The position numbers and the translations under genes were made by a program. Of a stretch of DNA of 64,000 nucleotides, positions 1 to 9,832 are shown piece by piece. This stretch comes from Candidatus Poribacteria bacterium (lineage in GTDB: Bacteria; Poribacteria; WGA-4E; WGA-3G). The notes below the pieces were generated by a model. The model saw only the letters and a list, made by a program, of their open reading frames with translations. It made no database searches and was not told the DNA's origin. The stretch lies in contig OZ243938.1 of the NCBI GenBank assembly GCA_965214095.1, positions 3,808,001-3,872,000 on the forward strand. Direction: 5' to 3'. Position 1 is the stretch's first letter, and each line of letters starts with the position of its first letter.

Positions 1-748
1 TCCGTGGGTAGCACTCGGATATTTTGGCATCTATTTGGTATTATGTATTGGTATGACACGCATGCGTGCTGAACTTGGTCCCCCTACACATGAACTTCAC
101 GGTGTACATCCTGACCGCATCATGCTACTGTTTTTTGGCAGTCGTCCTTTGGGAGCGCAGAATCTGACGAACACAACATTGTTATCGTGGCTTGCCTACG
201 GTTATCGGTGTCATCCGATGCCACATCAATTAGAGGCATTTAAAATTGGTCGGCAGTTCCGGCTTCGAGAGAATAGGATTGTAATTGCGTTGATAGTTGC
301 GTCGATTGTAGGTGCAGTTATTTCCATAGTTGGTCACGTTGCCCTCTACTATGAATTTCGGTTTGCTCGGTGGGGTGTCGGTGAATTTAACCGCCTTCAA
401 AACTGGATTACTTCACCGCGTGCGCCGAATCTAATTGCAATCCAACACATTGGCTTTGGTTTCTTATTTACTGGTGTATTGACAGTCCTCAAACGGCAGT
501 TTTTATGGTGGCCGTTTTATCCAGTAGGATATGCTGTGGGTAACGGTTGGGCGATTGGATGGATGTGGTTCTCCATATTCTTGGGGTGGTTATTCAAAAG
601 GATACTTTTCACGGGTGGTGGCGTGCGTGCCTACCGTAATGCGTTACCACTATTCTTAGGACTTATCTTTGGTCAATTCCTTGCGGGTAGTCTTTGGAGT
701 TTGTTAGGTGTGTTGTTTAACAAGAACATGTATACCCTCTTTCCGTAA
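1..748 (+). CDS. Polytopic membrane protein, DUF6785/DUF6784-like (5' truncated by window edge)
   Basis: Frame is open from position 2; motifs RMRAELG, WWPFYPVGY, WFSIFLGW..K....GG..YR..P.FLGLI.G. Confidence 0.65.
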   Translation, partial: PWVALGYFGIYLVLCIGMTRMRAELGPPTHELHGVHPDRIMLLFFGSRPLGAQNLTNTTLLSWLAYGYRCHPMPHQLEAFKIGRQFRLRENRIVIALIVASIVGAVISIVGHVALYYEFRFARWGVGEFNRLQNWITSPRAPNLIAIQHIGFGFLFTGVLTVLKRQFLWWPFYPVGYAVGNGWAIGWMWFSIFLGWLFKRILFTGGGVRAYRNALPLFLGLIFGQFLAGSLWSLLGVLFNKNMYTLFP

Positions 749-750
749 CC

Positions 751-1122
751 TTAGAAATCTTCCAATGCCTCTTCTTCCGAAGCATATACACCTATGCTTT
801 GTGTGAGACCAATAGTATTAAAAATAGTTCGTACCTGCATTGCCGGATGTGCAATTCGCAATTCTTGTCCTTTATCCCTTGTCTTCCATAGTAATTTTAT
901 TATAGTCCCAAAACCACTACTTGTGATGAAACTTTGCCTATCAAAGTTGAGTAATAGTTTTGTTGAGTCCTGTACTCCATTGTCTGCATAAGCGTCATTA
1001 ATTGCTTCTTCAGATTCGTTGGTTAGGTAACCGGTAATGTCAAAAATTGCGATGTCTCCCTCATGGCGAATAGAGATCTGTGGTTGTGCTCTCACGTTGT
1101 CCTCCAAAAGATTAGAATCCAT
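751..1122 (-). CDS. STAS-domain anti-sigma factor antagonist
   Basis: FITSSGFGTII phospho-Ser motif, C-terminal EEEALE; start could be 1140 (TTG). Confidence 0.85.
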   Translation of the reverse strand: MDSNLLEDNVRAQPQISIRHEGDIAIFDITGYLTNESEEAINDAYADNGVQDSTKLLLNFDRQSFITSSGFGTIIKLLWKTRDKGQELRIAHPAMQVRTIFNTIGLTQSIGVYASEEEALEDF

Positions 1123-1226
1123 AGTGTATAATATTCCCAAAAATCCTATATTGTTGAATTGTAGTTTTGAACAATATCCATCAAATATGTCTACTCAAGA
1201 ACGACTCAAAACAATAAAATGAAATG

Positions 1227-2171
1227 TTAATCATTAGTGAAAGTGCGTTGTAATGGTGTATGGGGTGGTTGATCTTGTACTATGGTTCCATCGTTAAGAT
1301 GGAGCCAGGTCTCAAATTGACGTTCACCTTCAATTAATTCAATCACTCGTCCGCCGCGTGGAAACCCATCTTTACCATAGGTGCTGAAACCAGAAGCTCT
1401 CCCATAACATAGACGAATCCCGTGCAAATCTCCCCAGAAGTCGTTGATATGATCATGTCCAACGAATGTGCCTATAACATCGCCAGCTTCGTGTAGGGCA
1501 GCAAAGAATCCAGTGTTAATTCTGGGCGCACATATATCTTCATATTTTGCACCATAACAGGTGTGAAAATCCCATACTTCGTGGTATTCAGGAATGGGTA
1601 TATGAAAGAAAGCGAGTGCCGGTAGCGGGTGTTCAAATGTACCGTTGTGTCTTGCAGATTCACTGAGAAACCACTCAATTTGAGCACGTTTGATCCAGTC
1701 ATAGCCACCTATATCTGTAGGTGCATAACTTCCTGAATCAATAAAATATAGTAGTGCTGCAGGCGACGATTCATCAACGCTTTGAACAGTTAGAGCAAAA
1801 TTACCAACTCCTGGAACATCATCCGGACCTGGTTCCACAATGGAAAGATTACTTTCCTGCATGACAGCCATAAGTTCTTGACGGTTAGCAGTGCCTTCGT
1901 CATCATGATTACCGAAAACTGCCGTCCAAGGAGTACCGTTTCTTTCGGTAACCTCTATTACTTGACGAAGAGACTCAATAGCATCATCACATCCGCCTCC
2001 CGATAATATATCACCTGTCAGAACGATTAAGTCAGGCGCAACTGCTTTAGTAATACTCTCCATCAAAGCTGCAGATTTCTGGTCGGCGGGATCACCGTTT
2101 TGCCAATGAATATCAGTGAATTGGATAATCTTAAATCTTTTATTTTCTTGGAACTTTAATACATTCTTCAT
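1227..2171 (-). CDS. Metallophosphoesterase (Dcr2-like calcineurin-like family)
   Basis: FTDIH, TGD, FGNHD, FFHIP, GHDH.ND motifs. Confidence 0.9.
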   Translation of the reverse strand: MKNVLKFQENKRFKIIQFTDIHWQNGDPADQKSAALMESITKAVAPDLIVLTGDILSGGGCDDAIESLRQVIEVTERNGTPWTAVFGNHDDEGTANRQELMAVMQESNLSIVEPGPDDVPGVGNFALTVQSVDESSPAALLYFIDSGSYAPTDIGGYDWIKRAQIEWFLSESARHNGTFEHPLPALAFFHIPIPEYHEVWDFHTCYGAKYEDICAPRINTGFFAALHEAGDVIGTFVGHDHINDFWGDLHGIRLCYGRASGFSTYGKDGFPRGGRVIELIEGERQFETWLHLNDGTIVQDQPPHTPLQRTFTND

Positions 2172-2283
2172 ACGTAATTATACCCCCGTATAACTATAAA
2201 CATAATTCAAAAATAATGCAAGTAAAATTAATTCGGAGCAGGATATTTATGGTAAATTATTGAATTAATTCTACACAATGATC

Positions 2284-2309
2284 AGGTGAGGTTAGGAAAC
2301 CTCGCCTAC
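2284..2309 (-). repeat. GTAG-type REP-like palindrome (GGTTTCCTAACC core)
   Basis: Minus strand GTAGGCGAGGTTTCCTAACCTCACC; relatives at 48460 and 48503. Confidence 0.7.
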
Positions 2310-2350
2310 CGTTGATAGAAAGTGTAGATATAATTTATATGCTTCACCAT

Positions 2351-2471
2351 AATACCATTTCTAAAAAATAACATGCCCTTTAAAAATTTAGATGGTTCGT
2401 AGTCGCGTAATTCATTGCGGTTCGGACATTCTAATTAAAAAATGGAAATTCATTAATAGAATTTGGTATAA
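2351..2471. repeat. MITE-like repeat carrying a GTAGTCG..AATTCATTGCG REP
   Basis: Right part is similar to the reverse complement of 4931-5009; ends ATACCATTTC / GAATTTGGTAT. Confidence 0.5.
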
Positions 2472-2538
2472 ATAACCCTGGTGCACAATCTGCACAATCG
2501 GGTGTGTAAAGTTCTTGGCAAAATGGACACAGATATCC

Positions 2539-2586
2539 TATAGGAGGATCTCCGAATCGCGAACTGTCGGGAATCGGAGATCCCTC
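2539..2586. repeat. Inverted REP-like pair (GAGG(G)AWCTCCGAWTC(C/G)CGA family)
   Basis: TAGGAGGATCTCCGAATCGCGA facing TCGGGAATCGGAGATCCCTC; related copy at 32178. Confidence 0.6.
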
Positions 2587-2912
2587 GGACTTGGTCAGAA
2601 AACAGCAATTATTCAACGATTGAATACCTCTGCGTATGCCATGAATGTTTGCATTAATTGCATTAATTTCTATTATAATTTGGATTTATTTATGAAAAAA
2701 CCTTCGCGAAAAAATAGAGTTAGATTCAGTCATAATAAGAGATTATCAATGAGCTGGGTGTACTTCTGAGACTGAAAGAATGCGGTGCACGGAGACTCCG
2801 CAAGACAATGGTTGGTGAGAACTTAGTGCCAAAAACTTTACACACCCTGCACAATCTTAATCAGTTGACAAAATGGGTGATTCATGTGAAAATGATAGTG
2901 GAGGATTTATAT

Positions 2913-3662
2913 ATGAAACTTGCTCGATATGAATTAAATGAAGAAATTGGCTATGGTATTATTGATGGAAATAATTTAAAAACATTAGATGCGTGTCCTT
3001 TTACTGATTTTAATGAAACCGGTGAATCTGTTGCATTAGAAGAAGTGAAAATACTCGCTCCGACGAGACCCTCTAAAGTGTTAGCAGTGGGATTGAATTA
3101 CCGGAGTCATTTGGGAGATGCACCTGAACCACAAAATCCAGAAATCTTTATCAAAACACCATCATGTATTAACGATCCGGGTGGTGATATTGTCCTGCCA
3201 TCAGGTGATGATGAAGTTCATGCTGAAGGTGAATTGGTTGTAATAATGAAGGAACTAACAAGTAAAGCGACTCCCGAAGAAGCGGCAGCAAACATCTTAG
3301 GGGTAACTTGTGGGAATGATGTGAGTGCTCGCACATGGCAATCGAATGATATGCAATGGTGGCGTGCGAAAGCATCAGATACATTTGGACCTATGGGACC
3401 TTTCATTGCGACTGATGTTGACTATGGTGATTTACAATTAGAGACCCGGATTAACGGTGACGTTGTGCAGTCTCAAACTACGGGAGATCTTATTTTTCCT
3501 GTACCTGTGATTGTTAGTTTTATTTCTCAAGCGATAACATTAAATCCAGGTGATGCGGTTTATACTGGCACCCCCGGTACCACAACTGCATTGAAAGCAG
3601 GAGATGTGGTTGAGGTAGAGATTGAAGGAATCGGGGTTCTAAGTAATCCTGTTGTAGATTGA
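2913..3662 (+). CDS. Fumarylacetoacetate hydrolase family protein
   Basis: AVGLNY, EGEL, GNDVSAR..Q, KASDTF.PMGP, TGTP motifs; GGAGG RBS before ATG 2913. Confidence 0.92.
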   Translation: MKLARYELNEEIGYGIIDGNNLKTLDACPFTDFNETGESVALEEVKILAPTRPSKVLAVGLNYRSHLGDAPEPQNPEIFIKTPSCINDPGGDIVLPSGDDEVHAEGELVVIMKELTSKATPEEAAANILGVTCGNDVSARTWQSNDMQWWRAKASDTFGPMGPFIATDVDYGDLQLETRINGDVVQSQTTGDLIFPVPVIVSFISQAITLNPGDAVYTGTPGTTTALKAGDVVEVEIEGIGVLSNPVVD

Positions 3663-3677
3663 GGTTAGAGGTGGAAG

Positions 3678-4094
3678 ATGGCTAAGATTAAGCTGTTTAA
3701 AGGTTACGAAGGAGAGCCTCCAATTCCGAAACCTAAGGGACAAGTGCGCGCTAATGTTGTCACTGTTCAAGATGGTGTACCAGTGAAGTATCCGGGTTGT
3801 GATGGGATTGGTGTGCGTGTTGTACATCCTGCGAACCCGAAAGCACCTGCTGAAAATTTAGGGATGGTGATGTTTTTTGTGCCTCCGCATGTTGTTTTGG
3901 AACCGGGGAGTCATCATACTGAGGAGTGTTATGTTATCATGCGTGGTGAAGGACTCATGACGATTGCTGATGAAAAAGTGCCTGTGCAAGCAGGTACGTT
4001 TATACATCTTCCACCGTGGTGTGAACACGGCATTGAGAATACAGGTGATGAGACTTTGGAGGTACTCATCTGTACTTCACCACCAAATCCATAG
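3678..4094 (+). CDS. Cupin domain protein
   Basis: H.TEE.Y....GEG and P....H...NTG cupin motifs. Confidence 0.85.
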   Translation: MAKIKLFKGYEGEPPIPKPKGQVRANVVTVQDGVPVKYPGCDGIGVRVVHPANPKAPAENLGMVMFFVPPHVVLEPGSHHTEECYVIMRGEGLMTIADEKVPVQAGTFIHLPPWCEHGIENTGDETLEVLICTSPPNP

Positions 4095-4118
4095 TGTATG
4101 ATGGTTATTGTATTGCTC

Positions 4119-4913
4119 TTACCAGTCTCGCGTGTATCCTGCAGTCCAACCGCCATCAACCGTAAGGATAGCACCGTTGATATAACTTGCCTCTGGTGCG
4201 ACTAAAAATAGCACGGCTGCAGCAATCTCTTCAACTTTTCCTGGTCGTCCGAGTGGGATGTGCGATAGGAGACTTTCAGCGTTTTCTGTGTATGCTCCAT
4301 CCGGTTCATAGAAGAGTGCTTTTGTGCCGCGGGTTAATGTTGAACCCGGTGCTACTGCGTTGACGAGTATTCCTTGCGGTCCGAGTTCCAACGCCATTGA
4401 CCGTGTAAGATTTGCGACACCCGCTTTTGCTGCGACGAACGCACTCTGAAGACGCAGCGGCACTAATCCTGCTATAGAACTAATATTGACAATACGTCCG
4501 GGAGTTTTTTCAAGCATGTGAGGGATTACGGCACGGCTAACGACAAAAACACCTGTTAGGTCGACTTGAAGGATGCGATGCCAATCATCTAAAGTGTATT
4601 GATGGATTGGTACACGTTCGCTTCTTGTGTTGATACCTGCATTGTTTATGAGTATTTGTATTCCACCGAGTTGCGTAGCGATATTTTTGGCAGCTGCTTC
4701 CATCTGTTCTGGGTTGCTAACATCAGCTTCAACGAAAATACAAGTGCTGCCGTCTTTCTGAATTTCTTGTGCAGTTTGAGTGCCTGCTTGTGTGTCAATA
4801 TCTATTATTGCGACCTGTGCACCATTTTCTATGAGTGCGTGTACAATTGCCTTGCCGATTCCGTTTGCTCCACCAGTAACAATCGCTCTGTGTCCTTCAA
4901 GTGTGACCTTCAT
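4119..4913 (-). CDS. SDR family oxidoreductase
   Basis: TGGANGIG, NNAG, NISS, VNAVAPG, VDGG; catalytic YxxxK reads FVAAK. Confidence 0.9.
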   Translation of the reverse strand: MKVTLEGHRAIVTGGANGIGKAIVHALIENGAQVAIIDIDTQAGTQTAQEIQKDGSTCIFVEADVSNPEQMEAAAKNIATQLGGIQILINNAGINTRSERVPIHQYTLDDWHRILQVDLTGVFVVSRAVIPHMLEKTPGRIVNISSIAGLVPLRLQSAFVAAKAGVANLTRSMALELGPQGILVNAVAPGSTLTRGTKALFYEPDGAYTENAESLLSHIPLGRPGKVEEIAAAVLFLVAPEASYINGAILTVDGGWTAGYTRDW

Positions 4914-4930
4914 AAATAATCCATGAGTTA

Positions 4931-5131
4931 TAATACCAATTCAAAAAAATAAAATTCACTTTTGAATTAGAATGTAAAATGTAAGAGGCGCAATGAATTG
5001 CACGACTACTGGAGTGTCCATTCGGACATTGTAGGTCGGGTAGAGGCATGACTTTATTGATGATAAATGGCTGCCTGTCGGGTTTTGTGCCTCTACCCGA
5101 CCTACAAGATTAGTATAGACACTCCAGTAGT
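4931..5131. repeat. Composite palindromic repeat element (nested inverted repeats)
   Basis: 20-bp perfect IR 5029-5048/5088-5107 inside 14-bp IR 5005-5018/5118-5131; adjoining REP/MITE-like segment. Confidence 0.8.
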
Positions 5132-5239
5132 ATAGACAGAACACTACAAGCACTTTTTTGTTAGTGTAAAGTGTATTGTAATTTTAGATTTCACTATAAT
5201 CTGACAAACAAACACGTCTATAATATTCGTAGGACCAGT

Positions 5240-6061
5240 TTAAGAAGTTTTCTGTGCAGTGAACTTCATCTCTGTTTTTCCGTTTAGTCCTGCCACGACA
5301 GGGAATGTGCGTTCTCCTGTTCCATCTTTGGTAACATATCTGACATCCGGAGAGAAATATGCGTACAGAGCAGTGTTTCTCGGATTAGGAGTAGTGTTGG
5401 GACCTGAACCGTGTACCATCAAACTGTGGAAGAAGAGTGCACTGCCAGCGGTAAGCGGTACATCCATCTGTTGTTCGGCAACTTCCTTACGGTCTGTGAG
5501 TTCTGCGTCCTGTTGTCGTGCTATTCCGCCCCATTCTTGAACACCCCATAAATGGCTGCGTGGTACTACTTTGAAACATCCATTTTCTGGTGTTGCATCG
5601 TTTAGGGAAATGCTTACCGTTACTAATCTCGGTGGTTCCATTGGCCAATATGCCGAATCCTGATGTAATCCATGAGATGATCCGTGGAAAGCAGGCTTAA
5701 ACATTAAGGTGCTTCTAAAGAGCAATAGGTCTTCTCCGAGAAGGTTTTGAAGGACTGCTACAAGGTTGGGATGTTGCGCTAAATTCTTAAACACCTCAGA
5801 ATACTGACGTGTATTTTCTGCTTTTCTTAGGACAGGTAATTCATCTCCTTGCGTTTTATCTTGCGCGAAAGGTTCTCGTTGGACGTGTCTGCGTGCGACA
5901 TCAGCACATTCCTTTTGTTCCTCAGATTCCTGTCCAGCAGCAAATTCATGTATCAGTTGTATTTCTGCTTGACATTCTTCTAACTCTGTAGGTGATAATA
6001 GGTTTTCAACAACAAGGTAACCTTCTTTCTCAAAAAAGGTTTTCTGTGTTTTCTTATCCAT
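5240..6061 (-). CDS. Phytanoyl-CoA dioxygenase (PhyH) family 2OG-Fe(II) oxygenase
   Basis: HQDSAYW, ENGC...P.SH, HGSGPN....R. Confidence 0.92.
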   Translation of the reverse strand: MDKKTQKTFFEKEGYLVVENLLSPTELEECQAEIQLIHEFAAGQESEEQKECADVARRHVQREPFAQDKTQGDELPVLRKAENTRQYSEVFKNLAQHPNLVAVLQNLLGEDLLLFRSTLMFKPAFHGSSHGLHQDSAYWPMEPPRLVTVSISLNDATPENGCFKVVPRSHLWGVQEWGGIARQQDAELTDRKEVAEQQMDVPLTAGSALFFHSLMVHGSGPNTTPNPRNTALYAYFSPDVRYVTKDGTGERTFPVVAGLNGKTEMKFTAQKTS

Positions 6062-6197
6062 TTTTATCCTCCGATAAGTCGATTAATTTCCCAGATTAGA
6101 CTTGATATAGCAAAGCCGATATATACAGCGGATGCAATCAACATCATAATAGTTGAAATTGCTTTAGGTTTAGCAAAACTCGGTAAATAACGACGGT

Positions 6198-9134
6198 TCA
6201 TTTTTTCTTTTGTGCAATCGATTCACTTATTACTTCGATTGGATGTTTTGGTAGGATGCCAGTACCGTGTTCAAGTTGGTGTCGACAAGAAAATCCTGAT
6301 GCTGTTAGTGTGAATTCCCCAGATTTTTCACGGATAGTTGGAAAAAGCCGGAGTTCTCCTATTTTCATGGAGACTTCGTAATGTGATTTTTCATATCCGA
6401 ATGAACCTGCCATGCCACAACAACTGGAATCAATGACAGTAACGTTATGTGTTGATGGTAATTCAAGCATTTGCTGAACTGGTTGAATTCCATCAAGTGC
6501 TCTCTGATGGCAATGTCCGTGCAATAATATTTCACGCGGTTCAGACTCATAAGTGAGTGTGAGGTCGTTGTTTTCATGAGCCTGTATCAAGAATGCTTCA
6601 AGTGAATAAGTATTCTCTGCAACCCGTTTTGCTTTAGGTGTGTTAATGAGTTCAATATAATCGTCGGTCAAGGCAGAGGTGCAACTCGGTTCACATCCCA
6701 CTATTGGTATGCCTTCCTCAACGTAAGGGTGGAGTTGTTCAATATTGTAATTTCCGTATTCAATGGCTTTGTCAAGCATGCCTTCAGAAATGAGTGGTCT
6801 GCCACAACACTGTTTCTTTGGTAATATAATTTCATATCCAGCGGCTTCTAATACATGGACTGCTGCTTTACCGATATTGGGTTCACTGTAGTTCATGAAA
6901 GTATCATGAAAGAGCACGACTTTTTTATCTGATGTCTGTGGTGTGTGTCGTTTTCTGAACCATTTTTCAAAAGTGTTGTGAACAAAGGTGGGCATATCTC
7001 TGCGGCGATCAATACCAATAATTTTTTCGGCTATGAACTTAGATAACGGGTTATTTGTTGCCCAATTTGAGATGGGTGCAAATGCTGAACCGAAAACAGC
7101 GAGGGAACCGATTTCACCGAAAAGACGATTACGTAATGGTAGTCCGTTTGCTTTGCGATAGTGCGCGAGCATCTCATATTTTATTTTCGCCATATCTACG
7201 TTGGATGGACATTCTGCCTTGCATGCTTTGCAACCGAGACATAGATCAAGGACATCATAGAGTCTTTCACTTGTGAAATCAGTGTGTGGTAGAGCACCAG
7301 AGATAACGGAACGGAGTGCGTTTGCGCGACCTCTGGTAGAATGTTCCTCTTCTCGTGTTGCGATAAAAGATGGACACATTGTTCCAGTTAATGTCTTTCG
7401 GCATGCCCCTACCCCGTTACACATTTCAATGGCTCTACCGAACCCATCTTGTGATGAAAAATCGAAATAAGTATCAATTTTGATTGTGTTGTATTTCGGA
7501 CCGAACCTGAGATTTTCAGTCATCGAGGGAGGATCAATGATTTTACCGGGGTTCATAATACCGTCTGGATCGAAAGCGTTTTTTACCTCTCGAAGTGCTT
7601 GGTATATTTGTTGACCGAACATGCTCTCAATCCATTCACTGCGTACAAGTCCATCTCCATGTTCCCCACTCATTGCGCCGTCAAGGTCCAGAAGCAGGTC
7701 GCGCACTTCACCTGCGATACTGTGCATTTTTTGTATGTCTGACTCAGATTTTAGATTGATTATTGGTCGGTTGTGGAGTAAACCGACACTGGCGTGTGCG
7801 TAATAAGATGCAGTGGTATCGTGACTCGTGACGATTTCATCAAATCTACGGACATATTCAGGTAGGTTTTCAATAGGAACAGCAGCATCTTCAACAAATC
7901 CAATCGGTTTTGCATCACCTTTCATGCCCATAAGTAGACCGAGACCTGCTTTCCTTGTTTCCCAGACTTGTGCTTTTTCTTCTGTAGTAAAACATCGGAC
8001 ATAAGCATACCCAAATTCAACACTTTGTAATGTATTCTCAAGATGGTCCATCTGTTGGTGTAGTTCAGTGTCTGTTTCACCGTAAAATTCCACTGCGAGG
8101 AGTGCTTCCGGTTCACCTTGTATGAAACTGGTCAGTCGTGAAAATTCTATGGAACCTTGTGCCATACCGAGTATTGTTTTGTCAATAAGTTCAACTGCTG
8201 TGGGGTTGCAAGCTAATATAGGTTGCATCGCTTCCATAGCATCAATGATCGACTTAAAATGTACGACGCACAGAGATGTCATTTTTGGAACAGGAACGAG
8301 ATTGACTTTCGCTTCAACGATAGTTGCAAGTGTACCTTCGGACCCGACAACGATTTTGGCGAGACTGAATGGTCGGTGTGCATCGCATCCATCACGACGG
8401 TAGGGAGTTACCTCTTTTGTGCCAGCATCAGACACATATTCATCAAGGTTGTATCCTGCGACTCTTCGTAGTATACGTGGATAACGTTTACGGATTTCAT
8501 CCGTATTTTCAGCACAGATTCTACATAGTTCGCGATATATGTTTGCCTCTAAGGAATTTCCTTCCTTTTTAGATGCGACTTCTGTGAATGAGAGCGGATC
8601 GGCGGTAATTTCATCACCGTTGGCGAGCACAAGGTCTAAGGACATTACATGGTCAATCGTTTTCCCGTAGATGAGTGAGTGTGAACCTGCAGAATTATTT
8701 CCGATGGTGCCACCGACATTTGCCCGACTACTTGTTGCGACATCTGGTGCATACATGAGTCCGTGCGGTTTTAGAAGTTGGTTTAACTCATCAAGAATAA
8801 TACCTGGTTGGACACGTGCCCAATGTTCATCAACATTAACTTCAATCAGTTGATTCATGTATTTGGACATGTCAATGACGATTGCTTCACCAACACTTTG
8901 TCCAGCGAGACTTGTTCCGCCACCACGTGGGAGAATTGGTGTTTTTCTTTCAGCTGCTAACTGTATAGTCTTAATGACATCTTGTTTGTGTTTGGGAATA
9001 ACAACGCCTATTGGCTCAATTTGGTAAAGGCTTGCATCTGTGCTATAAAGTGCTTTTGAGTAAGTGTCAAAACGTACTTCTCCCTCAAGTGTATTGGTGA
9101 GAAGTTGTTCTAATGCTGGTTCAGAATTTTGCAT
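6198..9134 (-). CDS. FAD-linked oxidase/(Fe-S)-binding fusion (GlcD-GlcF / YdiJ-like 2-hydroxyacid dehydrogenase)
   Basis: PRGGGTSLAGQ, GSEGTL, GEHGDG, two Cys-rich ferredoxin motifs, CCG domains. Confidence 0.92.
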   Translation of the reverse strand: MQNSEPALEQLLTNTLEGEVRFDTYSKALYSTDASLYQIEPIGVVIPKHKQDVIKTIQLAAERKTPILPRGGGTSLAGQSVGEAIVIDMSKYMNQLIEVNVDEHWARVQPGIILDELNQLLKPHGLMYAPDVATSSRANVGGTIGNNSAGSHSLIYGKTIDHVMSLDLVLANGDEITADPLSFTEVASKKEGNSLEANIYRELCRICAENTDEIRKRYPRILRRVAGYNLDEYVSDAGTKEVTPYRRDGCDAHRPFSLAKIVVGSEGTLATIVEAKVNLVPVPKMTSLCVVHFKSIIDAMEAMQPILACNPTAVELIDKTILGMAQGSIEFSRLTSFIQGEPEALLAVEFYGETDTELHQQMDHLENTLQSVEFGYAYVRCFTTEEKAQVWETRKAGLGLLMGMKGDAKPIGFVEDAAVPIENLPEYVRRFDEIVTSHDTTASYYAHASVGLLHNRPIINLKSESDIQKMHSIAGEVRDLLLDLDGAMSGEHGDGLVRSEWIESMFGQQIYQALREVKNAFDPDGIMNPGKIIDPPSMTENLRFGPKYNTIKIDTYFDFSSQDGFGRAIEMCNGVGACRKTLTGTMCPSFIATREEEHSTRGRANALRSVISGALPHTDFTSERLYDVLDLCLGCKACKAECPSNVDMAKIKYEMLAHYRKANGLPLRNRLFGEIGSLAVFGSAFAPISNWATNNPLSKFIAEKIIGIDRRRDMPTFVHNTFEKWFRKRHTPQTSDKKVVLFHDTFMNYSEPNIGKAAVHVLEAAGYEIILPKKQCCGRPLISEGMLDKAIEYGNYNIEQLHPYVEEGIPIVGCEPSCTSALTDDYIELINTPKAKRVAENTYSLEAFLIQAHENNDLTLTYESEPREILLHGHCHQRALDGIQPVQQMLELPSTHNVTVIDSSCCGMAGSFGYEKSHYEVSMKIGELRLFPTIREKSGEFTLTASGFSCRHQLEHGTGILPKHPIEVISESIAQKKK

Positions 9135-9498
9135 TCGTATCCGATTCCTATTCGTTTGATCCTAAGGGATGTAGGTATGTTAGACGATTGTATGTCAAAA
9201 AAGGTATAAGACTGACATTTTTCAAGTAGCCACGACCATTTAAACTATCATCATCATAACCAAAATAATGATTATCCAAATTCAATTTGAAGGCAAGCCA
9301 TTCTATAAGCGTCGGAGCATAGCGTTATAATCTTTCTTCAAGATGTGACTGGTTGAAATGTCGGCACCGAGGTTGAACTTTTCTTGTGCCCATCCGCCTG
9401 CTAAAAATATAAGAACACATCTAAGTATTCCTAACAAGATTTTATATCGTTTTTTTATTGCGATTCTCCTTTGAAACGTATCAGATAACGGTGTGCGG

Positions 9499-9831
9499 TT
9501 ATGACACATTGGCATTCACGTGGATGACTTTTCCGGGCTGCACGTCTCTGATCACTTGATTCACTTCCAGCATAATAGGTTGAACGTCCTGTAGTTTATT
9601 GCTTCTAGCAGAGATGATAATGACACCGATAGCGTATTCGCTGATGTTCTGTTGATATTCAAAGCCCTTATCCATTGTCACCAGCACATCAAACGTCTCT
9701 GCTGCTTGCTCAAGGAGTTCACCGTTTCGCTTTCCTTTCCACCCTTGTTGATCTACAGTTGTCACGTAGCAATCGGGATCAAAATCTCGGACTAATTGCT
9801 AGTTTAAGTTTTCGTCAAGTAGAACGCGCAT
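9499..9831 (-). pseudogene. DUF5615 PIN-like toxin with in-frame TAG at codon 11
   Basis: Reads MRVLLDENLN*QLVRDF...GW.G..NGELL...FDVLVTMDKG..YQQN; TAG at 9799-9801. Confidence 0.8.
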
Positions 9832-9832
9832 G

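Noticed and set aside
9799-9801. Amber recoding (pyrrolysine or alternative code)
   Set aside because: TAG is a normal stop in rplJ, hemE and hemH; no pyl genes seen.
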